The translations under genes were made by a program, and so were the position numbers. The notes under the pieces are model-generated. The model had not been told where the DNA came from. It ran no database searches and saw nothing but the letters and a program-made list of their open reading frames with translations. From Eledone cirrhosa (lineage: Eukaryota): a stretch of DNA of 64,000 nucleotides. Below are positions 40,615 to 54,100 of the stretch, one piece after another. Where the stretch lies: NCBI GenBank assembly GCA_964016885.1, contig OZ024740.1, forward strand, positions 333,498,001 through 333,562,000. Direction: 5' to 3'. Numbering within the stretch: the first letter of the stretch is position 1; each line of letters starts with the position of its first letter.

Positions 40615-43488
40615 ATAAAATAACAGATTAAAGTTTAAGCAAAGAATCGCTGCTTTCACCCTTAACGGGATCTTCTGAAACTATCAAAGTCAATCTGTGA
40701 ACGCAGAAGTGAATAATTCAAAAAACGTTTCAACCGGAGGAAGATAGGAAGACGATACTTTTGTTCGTGGAAACGTTTCCTGGCAAAGAACGGGAAAAAA
40801 CGAATATTATTTGGTGAAAAACAATTACACGCAAAGACAAAACCGCGTTTATGGTATAAAAGAAGTCGTAGACTAATATTCTCTTAGGTGGTTCATAGAG
40901 ACGTTCTCTGGCAATGAACGGAAAAAAACGAAGATAATACGTCATATGTGGAGCGTGGAGAACAATTGCACGCAAAGTCAAAACCACGTAGATGAAGTCG
41001 TAGACTAAAATTCTAACTAGGAAACCGAATGATTCTCGACATCAGAGTTAAGAATAAAGTAAATAAAATACAGAGGTAATTGAAATTAAATAAATACATA
41101 CACGCATCCATATACGTACATACACAAGCATACATAGGTATACACATACACGCACATATAAATATGTGTGTGGGTGCGTGTATACAAATAATTAAATAAA
41201 CGAATATAAATAAATAAATACGTATATAACAAGCGCACACACATACCTACATGTAAATACACAAATGTTCGGAGACGTACGTCAACGAAAACACGAAGTA
41301 CACATAAACACACACTCTACATACGTACGAACCCGCATACTCACACAGACGCAAAACTCAAGTATACACATAACCAAAAGCATAAGTACCAGAATATATA
41401 AAAATATACGCAATAACATATACAATCAGATATACGTACAAAACATACAGGTAATATATACTTACCTATGCAAATAAGTAATGGTATAAACATAACATAT
41501 ACTTAGCTACCACCTAGACGTAAAATATCCGCGTATAGATCGTACTATCCATTAGGGTATAATGTGGGGCTGTAATACAGGAAGGTTTTGTGCAATTTAT
41601 GTTTACAAGCCGAAATTGCCTCAGATTTTTTGTTTAAGATGTGGTCTGTGGCGTAGAGTATTTCCAGGGCCTCAGCGGCGCAGAGGTCACATGGTCTTTT
41701 ATTTCCGTTATACGATCTAGCCCTAGCTAGGATCTCCCAGTGTAACTTATATTGGGGGTGGCTGTCTTTTAGACTCCAGATATAAGCTGAAAGTGACGTC
41801 ATATTCCTTCTTAGAGGGTAACGAAAAGAATGGGTATGCATGTAAAGACGCTGCTGGAATCTATTGGCGTTTAACCCTATGTAGGCCCTACGGGACGTGG
41901 GTGTTTCAACCTTAGATTTGTAGACAATGTTACTAGAGAGAAATTTCCCGGATAGGGGGCAATCAACCCGATTCCTACAATTACAGTTAGTACTAACTAC
42001 AGGGTTGCACGTGTTCCTACGGCTAGGTAGGTTAGCTAATTTGAAGCTTTGATGTTATGTGCAAGGTTAGGAGTCGTAGAGTAAGAACTTTTAATAGTAT
42101 TTCTATTAAAAATGTTACTATATGTGTAGGGGGGAAATGCTTCGTAATAAGGGAGAGAAAGATCTTAGCTAATGGTGTGGCCACATCCATATTATATCGT
42201 GGGTTATACCATATAATGCGTCGGAATCTATTTCTTCTAGATCTATTCTCGTACTCTGTATATGCTCCCTTATCAACAAATCCACTCCGAGCAAGAGTTT
42301 CTTTGTAATATGTGGAATGGTCGTTGAAAATATGCTCGTTAGTAGATAGACGGGATATCCTCAAAGAAACGTTTCTTACCAGGTTCTTGGTTATGCTGGC
42401 AGGATGGTTAGAATGCTTACTTATGTAATTAAGCGTATCATTCGGCTTTCTATATGGGTAATACAAGCCATTCGATAAATTGAGGGTAACATCGAGTTAA
42501 TTAACGACCGAGAATTTGGCCTCAACCTGTATAGATTGGTCGAATCCGTTAAAGAAGGCTGTGAGTTCTTTTCTGAACCTGTCGCCAGCACGTGGGCCGC
42601 ACTTAGTCATGGTCAAAAGACCATCATCATGGTACAAACCACCGCCCACGTTGGGGAATTCGTCCTTGATAGAGAAAAGAAGGAAAAGGCCGATAAGATC
42701 AGTAACCTCTGCAGAATCGCTGGCGTCCATACTCACATCGAATGGGGTACTATTAGATTTTATAATCCAAATAGAGTCGTCGAAATTAACCACCGACTTA
42801 CAGGCATTGAGGATGACATCAACTTCGAAATCCTTAACCACTGTGAGTGTTTTAGCGAAATTGATAGCTCTAAGGAGAAGTGGTAAAGTGATGGAGGAGT
42901 AGTAATTATTGATGTCGAATTCGGATAAAACGGCAATGTTCCTTGTTGCATATGCCGTAGAACTAATCAATCACCGCGAAAGAATTGTTCCACAGTGAAA
43001 GAGGGGCCACACTTCTAATTTCAGGTATAATTCTATCAAGAATCCTTTTACTAAGTCTATCTAAATCGGACTTCGTAGGGTTAATAAGCCGAATAGAGAG
43101 GTTGTTTGGAAAATTGGATTTGTCATCCTTCAGGGTAAAGTGGGTAGAAATAAGGTCCAGAGGTTCGGTCCGGTCCAGGATGTTGAGATCAGAGGTGATT
43201 TTAAACCCAGCATCCTTGATTTCATTAATGACGCACGGATTAGTTTTACGATAATCCTTAGTTACAGCATTATGTAGTAGTTGATGGTAAGTACTGCGCA
43301 CCACTTGATATAGGTTGCCAGTTTTGTCGGAATGGACGTGCACGGCATTAGAATCCTTAATTGAACGAATTCTATTCTTCTTTAATCTGTTATTTTAATA
43401 AATATTTGCTCTAGGGTTCTTATATATTTGATATATATTTATCCTTATCGAGCTCTCTTTGGATTTTAGTCTTCAAATTTATTATTAT

Positions 43489-43490
<2 letters not shown>
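40615..43490 (-). mobile_element. Hydra-type PLE, 5'-truncated, decayed RT plus GIY-YIG, with 3' pLTR and inverted pLTR fragment
   Basis: DKTGNLY, TLKDDKSNFPNN..RLINPTKS, FDINNYYSSI, FDVSMDASDSAEV, GLYHDDGL, YRKPN..SNHP, CNCRNRVDCPL, YIG, CDLC..LNKKSE..CKH. 43381-43490 is an inverted pLTR end. Confidence 0.9.
40632..40682 (-). ncRNA. Type I hammerhead-like motif, variant core CAGAAGA
   Basis: Same motif as 1334-1384, at the 3' end of the Hydra-type element. Confidence 0.6.
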
Positions 43491-43561
<71 letters not shown>

Positions 43562-43816
43562 TATACATACAATGAAATAATAGCCTGATTATTTTCAATA
43601 AAGAATGCTATAGTGGGCAGTGGAGATAAGGCTGTAAACAACGATGTGTATGTCTCAGCTGAGACGTGTTTCAACAGGCATTTTATGCCTCTGAACAAGT
43701 CATTCGGATGCGCAGAATATAGCTGAAAATATCTTATACTCGACAGAGTTCCAATAAAATGAAATTACGAGAGCTGGACCTGAGTAAGAAGACGCTTCAC
43801 TTAATATTGAATAATA

Positions 43817-44000
43817 TGAAAGTCGGCTGAAAGGTTCATAGGCTAATCAATATAGTCAGAAGCAATGAGCAAATGAGTTACATTTTTCAGCATATTCCAT
43901 GGAATGCAGTTTTTTAAAAGATTTCAAATTAATGCATGCAAAATCTGACAGCTCTGAAAACACATTTTCAGTGTCAGCCTATGAACCTTTCAGCAACACA
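43817..44000. mobile_element. Tc1/mariner-type MITE
   Basis: Perfect 19-bp inverted repeat gctgaaaggttcataggct (43826-43844 / 43976-43994), with TA dinucleotides just outside. Confidence 0.65.
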
Positions 44001-45254
44001 TAGATATAAAATGTATCGTAAAACGAGAAAATAAATAACTTACGACTTTTGTAATCTGACGTGTGCGAAATATTTATATATTAATTATACAATGTTAAAC
44101 GTTAAATCAAAAACTGTATTAAAAAGATAATGCACGTAACGTTGAAATAAGTGTTTAACCTTTTCATTTTCATGAATATTACAAAAGCGTTATGCGTGAA
44201 AATTAGGTTATATGCTATGTTATTGAAGTTGTTGATTGCAGTAAATAAGATGAAGGAGTTAGTTAAAATAAGGAACTGAAGCGAAGATTATTTTTTGTCG
44301 AATACTGAGGTTATCAATAATGTTCATTTATATTCCGTTCAAATAAGTTCTTTTAATCACAACCTTTCTAACTTCCTGGTTTATCGCTAGCGCATTAATC
44401 GAAAATTATAAGTTGCTTTGTGATGTAAAGGCGAAGGAATCCTTGTAACAAAAAAACACACCCAATATTTTTATAACTATTTCGCAGTTATAATGATTTC
44501 CAACATCTATGATTTTGATTAATTTGTTCGGGGTTAATCTCTCAAAGAAATGCATGTTCTATTAATTTTTTACTTGAAACAAATCCTTATATTTTATACG
44601 ATATTTAGTAGCAGATTTAAATCAAATAAAAAAATATTATTTAATATAAATCGCGTCTACTTAACCACAACCATTTAGAAACAGGTCAGTGTGTTGTTTC
44701 CTACCGTATATTATCTCGATTCTGTCCATTAAGTGTAAAATTATTAATAAGAGAATTACAGGCAAAATGGTATGTAATACTAAGCAAAAATGTTTTTGAC
44801 AAGTATAGCAAATAAAATCCTTGCACAGAGGCTTGCGTTATCAATAACAGGAAGAATATATACATTTTAGTAATAGGCAATCTGTGGCCCATGAAGCAAT
44901 ACTCGCGTTATCAATTCAATGAAGAAAATATATACTTTAGAAACTAGGCTATCTGCGGAGCATAGAACACACCCTACGTTGAATTGATTTTCTTTGCTCT
45001 GTCATGAGAATTAACTGCATTTGTTAGCCGATGAAATCATTTTCATTTAATCATATACTATCCTTTGTGTTTAAATTTTCTGATAAATAATATGTGGTAG
45101 AATCCTATTGTATCTCTTTTTTAAAAATATCGATAATAATTTTTTATGATCAATAATTAATTCAAAACGATATGCCACAAACTGGAGCTATTTTGGATAT
45201 AATGATCCAAAGACTCCCAAACATATACCTAAATCATCATCATTATCATCATCA

Positions 45255-45255
<1 letters not shown>

Positions 45256-45285
<30 letters not shown>

Positions 45286-45386
45286 CTTCTTCTTCTTCTT
45301 CTTCTTCTTCTTCTTCTTCTTCTTCTTCTTCTTCTTCTTCTTCTTCTTCTTCTTCTTCTTCTTCTTCTTCTTCTTCTTCTGCTTCT
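45256..45386. repeat. (CTT)n microsatellite
   Basis: Read directly. Confidence 0.95.
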
Positions 45387-47504
45387 GGATCACCCAGTGA
45401 GTAGAACCAAGTTATCAAATCCTCTTTCTCGTGGTCTACTCCACGTCTCCTGCTGGTTGATTTTACTAGTAAAATGTGCCCGATGATTCCCAGAAATCCC
45501 ATAACACCAGAGCTGTGCGTTCTGAATTCGGAGAAGTAGTGTTTCTACCTGGAGCAAATCCCTGCTTTATGAACTATGTACTCTATCAAATAACGTTACT
45601 CAAATGTTCCTGCAGATGAACCTTATCTCAGCTGCTTCTATTCGAGATTGTATTCTTTCGATCATTACCGATGATTAATTATCCGAGGTTCGCACCGATC
45701 CCGAACTGCGAAGACGGAATAGCATTTGATACTGAGCTTGAGGGACGAGCCAAATCATCAACAATGTATAAATCAGTGACAAATTCACCAGGAGATATTC
45801 TGCTCCATCTGGACGGAAGCATTAATCTCTTTCGTCTGATTGCCATCCTATGAAACACGTAGGATGTTGTACAGAATAATTATGAAGAGAAGGGCTGGAG
45901 AATCCACTTGAAGAATCTCAGCGACTATATCGAAACATTCTGTGTCTCCATTTGATGTTAAGATCGAGACTTCGTGGTGGCTTATTATGGCCTTGTTGTT
46001 TTAAGTATCTTATCTTGAATGCCGTAAAGAGATAGTTGGTCAAATATTACCCACGGCTGATTGAAACGTATTTAATCATAAATTAAAAAAGAAAAAAAAA
46101 TTTCAAAACACTTTATTGCCTTGGCTAATTTCTACAAGGTTCTCCGCAAGAATGGGGTCTGTGCAGTTGTGGAATATCTTCTATGAATCCCGCTCTGATT
46201 TCTCCTTAAAATGCCATTCACGAAAGGAAATGTCATGTTGAAAATCAGCTTCTGCAAATTTTAGCAGAACTAGCCATGAGCGACATGTCTCGATAATGTT
46301 TCAGTGCGGTGAGATTCTTATTCTTTGGAAGCGGAATTATGTGTGAAGTCAGCCAAAGTAGGAGAGCATGCTGAGTGTTGAATACAAAGCTGCAGATTTT
46401 AAGGAGGAAACGGTGTATATTTCAAAACGGCTTCGAACAAAATAATCTAAAAGGATCAGTTCGTGGAAACACCCAGATCCAACCAGATGTATGAAAAACA
46501 GTTTTCAGTAGAATAATGTAATGGTTCTCTTTAATCTCCTCTCCTTTTCCAACATGGCTTGGAAACACCTTGGAAACAACTTGAGATTCCTAAATATAGA
46601 CATGATGTCTTTTAGTGAGATCCCATTTCGTTGTGCACATCTTTGGCGGCTATGACGTATACGTATCACCATGTGGTCAGGGTTTGAAACTTGGGGTGCC
46701 AGTGTTGATCTGATATACTTGGTAAGTATCATTTTCCTGTAGCTAGAGGGTAAGTTGTTGGTGTGGAACCAGAGCATCCAAGAAGACTGGAAGGGGAAAG
46801 GACAGATTTCCTTGAGTGCCAAGAGAACCTTCTGTGAATGATATAATCGTTTAGTGGGAGACTAACGAATTAGTTAACAACCGTCAACAACAAATCGCAG
46901 TCCGTTTTTGAAAAGGAGAATAGAGTAGAAATAAATGAAATTAAGGAACAGTTTAGAGACAAATATAAATAAAAAATTATAGGAGATTTTTAGGATAAGC
47001 AACGCAAAAGACACACGTGTGACGAAATTGGCTTTCGGTTAATTCTTCAACGCCAAGCGCAAAGACTGCATTGTGAGAGATAAGGCATACTTTAACAATT
47101 GAGGGTTGTTTGGTGTGGCAACAAATCCACACTTCGGGGGCGGTTGACACTTACTCAATTAACCGGAGGAACTAGCAAACTGACTGTACCACGAGCCCTT
47201 TCAGATTTTGAGGGAAATTACGCGTTCTACTTACCATGTATTGTACTTGCTATTAATATCCACTGGTAAAAGGACCTGGCTGAAAATACCTACGTTTGCT
47301 TTAAGGATGTGACTTCCCCAGCGTTTCCTTGGTGGTTAAAACCTGTGATCATCATTTCTCAGAACCGTATTTCTCCATCTCTTCCCATTCACAGAGCTGC
47401 AGATTTAGTTCAAGTGATGATAGATGATATGTGTTTGCAACATTTCTGCATTGTTTGCACGTTTTGGGATTGTCCCTTACATGCCGTCCCATGTGGCAAA
47501 TAAA

Positions 47505-47730
47505 GAATTTGCAGAATAGGTAGAGCATCGGGCACCATGCCATTCAGCATATAGTTATGGCCTTTTACGGCCTGAGTTCAAATCCCACCAAGATTAGCTT
47601 TGGTCTTTCATCCTTACGGGATAGATAAAATAAGTACCCATCACGAACTGGGGTCGATTTAATAGACTTTTTAATCCCACAAAAATTGGTGGTACTGTAT
47701 CTTAATCAGAAACCATTTTTATTATTATTA
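47505..47730 (+). mobile_element. Diverged SINE copy
   Basis: gagttcaaatccc...ctttcatccttacgggatagataaaataagtacc. Confidence 0.75.
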
Positions 47731-50640
47731 GAAGTAGTAGTAATATTACTAGTAGTACTAGTAGTAGCAATTATGGTGGTGGTGGTGTTGGTGCCGATGC
47801 TGGTAGAAATAATTGTAACACTCCCAACAAATTTAGTGATAGTATTCAACATTCACACACCCACACACATGTAATTCACACACGTACGCACACTCACACA
47901 CACACATACACACACACACATACACACACATACACACCCATACCCAAACACAAACACACAAACACACACACACATGTGTATATATATATATATAGAGAGA
48001 GAGATAGATAGATAAATATACACGGGTTTGTATGATTGTGTATAGAAGATTATATTAATAAAAGGAATTCCAACTTTGTCTGATTTACTCGTTTTATTTA
48101 CAATCCTTTAAAATTCTTTAAAATTTATAATGGTATTAGAATGAAATAGTATGTTAAAATAATGCTAACAAGAAATCGAAAAATAATATACATAAAACCA
48201 AAAATAGGACAAAATACATAACGAAACCAAATATAATATAACAACAAAAAGTTCATCAAGCAAACACCAACAGGAATATAAATCCTGAACAGAGAAAAAT
48301 CCATTTTTTTAACGTCAGGACAACAAAAACCGGAAAAAGAAAAACTCCTGGAGGAAACACACCTAAAACAACTGTACACCTAGATCCTAAAATAATTAAT
48401 TTTTCCCCAAAAAAATTTTACAACGATGAAATGCAAATTCTGTCTAAACGACTGAAATTCACACCGACTCCAACAGTCAACCACCAAGAACTGAAGGGGG
48501 ATACTCAAGAATTCTGTCGAAAATTACGTCTTGTAGAATTCTTAACTGATAAAGTTAATGAGAGTGATGAATCTCTAGTAAAGAATAAATAAAATTTCAC
48601 TCCGCCAAAAGGAAGAAATATCTATCTCGACCAATACATTGACATCCTGTCTACATTTCCTCTGAGACGTAATACTAATGTTAGGCCAAACATTAACAAA
48701 TCAGAAATGTCTGCACTTAAACGTATACAAAATGATAAAACAATAATAATTAAACAAGCAGATAAAGGGGGTGCAGTTGTTATAATGGATGCTGAATATT
48801 ACAAAGTTTTCATTGAGGAACAACTGAAAGACACAACATTCTATCATGAAATACCGTCAAATATAGACCACATCATGAAGAAGATCAACAACCTGGCTTC
48901 AAAATACCACAACTCACTTACTGATAAGGAAAGAAACTACATCACCAATTTTGAGCCAAAACCCAGCAACCTGTATGGCCTACCGAAAGTTCATAAGTCA
49001 AAAGAAATACAACTGGCAGTAAAAGAACAAAACAGTGAGTACATTAAATTACTACACCCAAAAGACTTAAAACTTAGACCTATTATAGCTGGTCCAACAT
49101 GCCCCACCACCGTCCAAGCAATTTTGTTGACATTATTTTGAAACCACTATGTATTCACATACCCAGTTTCATCAGGGATGATATCGACTTCCTGTCCCAT
49201 CTTCCCAAAACCACGGAAACGAATTCCCTTCTACTTAGTTTTGATGTGGTAAGCCTTTACACCAATATTACACAGGATTTAGAAATAAAGGCGGTTAAAT
49301 ACTGGGTGGAAAAACATAGAGAAGTGATTCCCATCAGATTCACAGCGCCATTTATATTAGACGCAGTTAAACTTATTCTGGAAAACAACATTTTTTTCTT
49401 CAATGGAAAGAATTACATCCACATTAGAGGCACATCGATGGGAACGAAGTTTGCTCCCGTTTACGCGAACTCTGTAATGTGATACTTAGAACAACAACTC
49501 TACGAAGAAATAGAGGAAAAATATAGCACTGACTTTAGAAAGTACATTGAACAATCTTGGAAGAGATACCTTGACGACTGTTTCATCATCTGTACAGAAT
49601 CTCTAGATACTCAGGATGAGTTCAATATCCTCCTGAATAACCTACATCCATCTCTCCAATTCACAAAAGAGATGAGTAGTACCAAATTACCATTCCTAGA
49701 TATAATGATAATCAAAAACGACATCACCATTACCACAGATATATATTATAAACACACAGACACCCATCAATATCTGAATTTTAAGTCGTGCCATCCACCT
49801 CATACAAAACGCAACATCCCATACTGCCTAGCCAGAAGAATTTGTACCATTGTAGAAGATACGAATACCAGGTACAAACGCCTAACAGAACTAAGAGAAA
49901 TTTTGCACAAACAAAAATACCCATCTCTACTTATAGAAAATGGCATACAGCGGGCTATAAAAATACCTATACAACAACTTAGGACAACCCAAGGAAGAAG
50001 AAACCAAGAACTGGTCATACCATTTATAATGACACACAACCCATGTCACCAGAATATCTTCAACACTGCCAAAGCAAACCTACCGATCATTGCTCAAAGT
50101 AATGAATTAAAAGGCGTAATCACAGATCGATCTTTGACTCTTAGTAAAAGACAGCCGAAAGATTTGAAGCAATTACTAACAAAAGCAAAGTTTGACCTTA
50201 ACAACAAAGACCAATCATTCACTGTATCTAAATGCAATGATAGTTGATGTGACACATGTCAATCCATACACGCCGGTCAATATATGAAAACAAAAACTGG
50301 AAAAATATTCCCAGATGCAAATATGAACTGCAAAAGCAAAAATCTAATTTACTGCAATAAATGCCCGAATTGTGAAGAACTATATGTCGGTCAAACTGGA
50401 AATGCACTATCGGAATGTGCACGGGTACACGGACAGAAAATCAGAGACCCTAATGTCCGTCAGATACCCCTAATTCTCATTCTACAAATTACACAGTCCA
50501 AGTGAAATCAAGAGAAGAATCAAAGAAAAGAATGTTATTGATAAATTCAAACCCAAGCTAAATGGACAATAATAATGGGGTATTAATTCTACTATGACTA
50601 AGACTACGACCACTAACAACAACACCATCAATAATAATAA

Positions 50641-50826
50641 TTGTTTCTACTTTAGGCACAAGGCCAGCAATCACCCAGTGCATTACTGGTACTTTATTTT
50701 ATCGACCCCGTAAGGATGAAAGGCAAAGTCAACCTCGGCGGGATTTGAACTCAGATCATAAAGGGACGTAACTATGCTGGAAAGCATGGCGTCCGACCCT
50801 CTACTGATACTGCCAATTCACCGCCT
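50641..50826 (-). mobile_element. SINE inserted in the PLE 3' region with a TSD
   Basis: Full SINE flanked by atcaataataataat at 50627-50641 and 50832-50846. Confidence 0.85.
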
Positions 50827-51133
50827 TATATATCAATAATAATAATAAAAGTGATTTTGATGATTACTAGAAAATGCTATTTTCATCATTTCTAAAAATA
50901 GCAAAACAATTGATGCTTTGTATAGGGTCAATTAGTAGTCGTTAGACATGCTCAATCAACCGTGACGCCTAAGCCAATCAGCTTTAGTAATCCAGTAAAA
51001 CTACACACCGATTGGTCGAAATGCAGTTTGCAAGATATAGCATTCTGGAGCCACTTTTCTCTGTATATAAGGCACAAAATTTACCCATCTCATTACAGTT
51101 GAAAATTGCAAACTTGACTGTCACCACACAATA

Positions 51134-51172
51134 TGAACCTAAAGATTGCGAAAGCATGAAAGTACTTGTTCA
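51134..51172 (+). ncRNA. Minimal hammerhead in the Neptune pLTR (core mutated to CTAAAGA)
   Basis: tgaac-CTAAAGA-ttgcgaaagcat-GAAA-gtac-TT-gttca; upstream CCAAT (~50974) and TATATAA (~51064). Confidence 0.75.
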
Positions 51173-54100
51173 ATTAACACTTAACATTTAATATTCTACC
51201 ATACTATTTCATTCTAATACCATTATAAATTTTAAAAAATTTTAAAGGATTGTAAATAAAACGAGTAAATCAGACAAAGTTGGAATATCTTTTATTAATA
51301 TATATATATATGCATATATTGTACGTACTACTGACATAGTCAAAAAGGTAATATAAAATTAATAGCATCATGATATTCTAAATTGCAGTTTCAGAGTATG
51401 CTCTGGTATTCTCGTTGAACATTTCTTTCTTGTTTATTCTGTTTTTTGTTTTGCCGTCGTCAAATATATTCAGCTAAAAATTGTATATTCTCTGCACCTA
51501 GAGAGAGCCATGGTTGGTCAATCTATGAGAAGATTTATTTAATGTTTCTAGACACTGATCGATGACATAGCAACGATATTTATATTCTTGAGTTCATATA
51601 TGCAAACAAATAATCAACTAATAAAATGTAAATTGATGGCTTACAAAAGAAATGCCACATTTTCTTTTTTTTCTTTTAACTGAATTGTAAATTGGTTGTT
51701 TCTAGTAGATTTATCCGCCATTATATGAGTATTTCCTGCTTGTAATACCCAATGTAACGTGTGGGAAGACACAAGTGAATGCCAAGCAATGACAGGAATA
51801 TTTGTAATGTAAAATTAGCTACGGATTTAGAATTTGCTACGGATTTAGAATTTTCTCTCTGAAACAAGGTAAAATCATTTTATTATATATTATCAAGTTC
51901 CTTTATTAAAACGCACTTTTACTGAATCATGCATGATGGACCTTCTTTTTAAATGTGTCACGCACGTCTATTAGAATATTATTGATAGAAAACGGAGCTA
52001 AGTCGAGTGAAACAATATTTTTAATGCAACTCGACAGTGAAATGGTTTCACTAATATTTGATTTCAATTAAGCTATAAATCGCATCTCTTTTTTTATTTT
52101 TTCTTCTGAAATACAGAAACCGTATACGAAGATAGCAGACGAATATTAAGCAAAGACATTAGAAACATTCGTTTGGACACGATATATTAAAGACGACGAA
52201 CTACCTATTGTGGACAGTGTATTAATGTCAATATGGGTTTCCTGACGTTCCAAATATGGTTACTTCCTAATTCCAAGTGAGTCACTATTTTTCAGAAGAC
52301 AAAGATATACTGTGTGGGTGAGGGATGCGGAGTGGAGTCTTTCACGCAATATATTGGCATTCATTGCTATCAGCCTACGTAAAATCTCTTATCTATTTCT
52401 CGGTATTTGGAGATATTCTATCCAGTGATCATCAGATATCAAACTCTTTTGAAATCGAACTCAACGTGCTTATAGAGTTGAAATATTAACAACTCTAATC
52501 TCAACTGATCCTCTTTAAATGCAAGTAAGAATCACATTTGAGAAGTGTCCACGTTTATGATAACGTATAGCTATCGTGAACGGAGTCTTCAAAGTTATCA
52601 CTCTCTATTGAAAATATTTAATCTAAATATGCATTAATCACAATTTCTTTAACATTATTTCTCTCAACACTTTAATCATGTTGGACCACATTTCGTCTTT
52701 CTAATAGGCCATGTAGCTACAACAATGAGGGATTTTCTCTAATCATCACAACCAGTATCCATCAACTGATATATCTCTCACGACATATTTCGCCCCATTC
52801 TTGTATTTCTGAAACATTTGAACGTCCCTCTGACTTCCTCAATTTTCCCCCAAATCTTGGCCATAAACTGTTCAAGTTCAACTCTATTCCCATCCGTCAT
52901 GATGTGTCTAGCAATCTGTTAGAATTTATAAGACATTTATATCATTATTCACAAAATCTCCTATAGATGTTAACATTTAACCAACTCCAATGCACCTGAA
53001 TATAATCCCGTACAATGTATAAACTGGGCGTAAAATATATTCATGATTAACATATTGGATGGACGAATTTAAAGATATGTTCTCTTAAAAGGAATTTGTT
53101 TTATACGCTAGGCATGCATAACTTATTTAGATCATGTAAAATTATGTTTTTTGGCTGTACATTATGTTTCGACTTAGTGTTCTAGAATACACAAAAAATA
53201 TTTATGACAAAATGGCGAAAGGAAAAATAGACAAAATGCTTCTATTACTGATGTGTGAAAGTTAATAAATATTTTTTTATCATAGAGCAGCAATTCTATG
53301 AAAAAGATAACAATTCTATGTAAAAGATAACAATTTTGTTTCAGTTGACCATATGCATATCGTTATAATTACGTTGACGTTTCTTTATGTTTATATGCAA
53401 TTACATTGCACTTTCATATATACAGATGCTGTAATGTTTCACTATGAACATCGTCTGAAAGTGTGAATATACAAACATGTACTTAAATTGGTTTTGCTTA
53501 AACTAAAATATGTGTATATGGTTCAAATACTTATTAATATATACACTGAGTTCTAAGAATTGCATCATGCTTCTACGCTTACATGAATCATACTTCTACG
53601 CTTACATGAATTGCCTTAATGTGGCACAGTCTTCTCCATCATTGAATGTTTATTTATGCATGAAACGTCGTTTGTAATCGGATACATTTTAAATAATATT
53701 TTGTATAAGGCATTAGTGAAACAACCCTGTTGGTATGTCTAACAAATTATGGAACATGTTTTTTTCTAAAATGTTGATAGCGAAGCCGAGTACTTTACGC
53801 TAGATACATTTATTCCTGCGTAAAACTAAATTGATTAATTTTATTAACTACACTTGCAGATCAAAGCTTCAAAGCTAGTCTATTCCTGGTTCCATTATTT
53901 TGATGATATTACAGTCTAGACAATTATTGGTTTTGTTTGGTCGTTTCATTCCCTAGGGACGGAGATTAAAAGTTGATTTGTACTCACTCAAAACAAAATT
54001 ATATTTCTTAAAGCGCTAGAGCAGATTATCGTTACACCAATTTGAAAATTTATTTTGACAAATTTTAAAATAAAAAAATAAAAATTGCCAATTATATTTT

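Larger units (their letters stand above)
48051..51302 (+). mobile_element. Neptune-like PLE, nearly full ORF (several stops and frameshifts), with an inverted pLTR at the 5' end
   Basis: LKFTPTP, ADKGGAVV, LYGLPKVHK, LRPIIAG, FDVVSLYTNI, GTSMGTKFAP, RYLDD, LPFLDI, CHPPHTKRNIP, CNDS*CDTC, NLIYCNKCPNCEELYVGQT. 48051-48153 is the reverse complement of 51200-51302. Confidence 0.93.

Noticed and set aside
44834-44970. Small local tandem duplications (also ~51818-51853 and ~53567-53611)
   Set aside because: Ordinary slippage duplications with no further structure.
45500-46900. Possible old Gypsy gag/integrase relic on the minus strand (ORF 46505-46822, AEADF motif)
   Set aside because: No clear catalytic motifs or LTRs identified.
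50245-50247. In-frame TGA codons in PLE ORFs as selenocysteine (also 28225, ~38339, 49480)
   Set aside because: They fall at expected Arg/Gly or unconstrained positions rather than conserved Cys, the copies have other lesions, and I recognised no SECIS.
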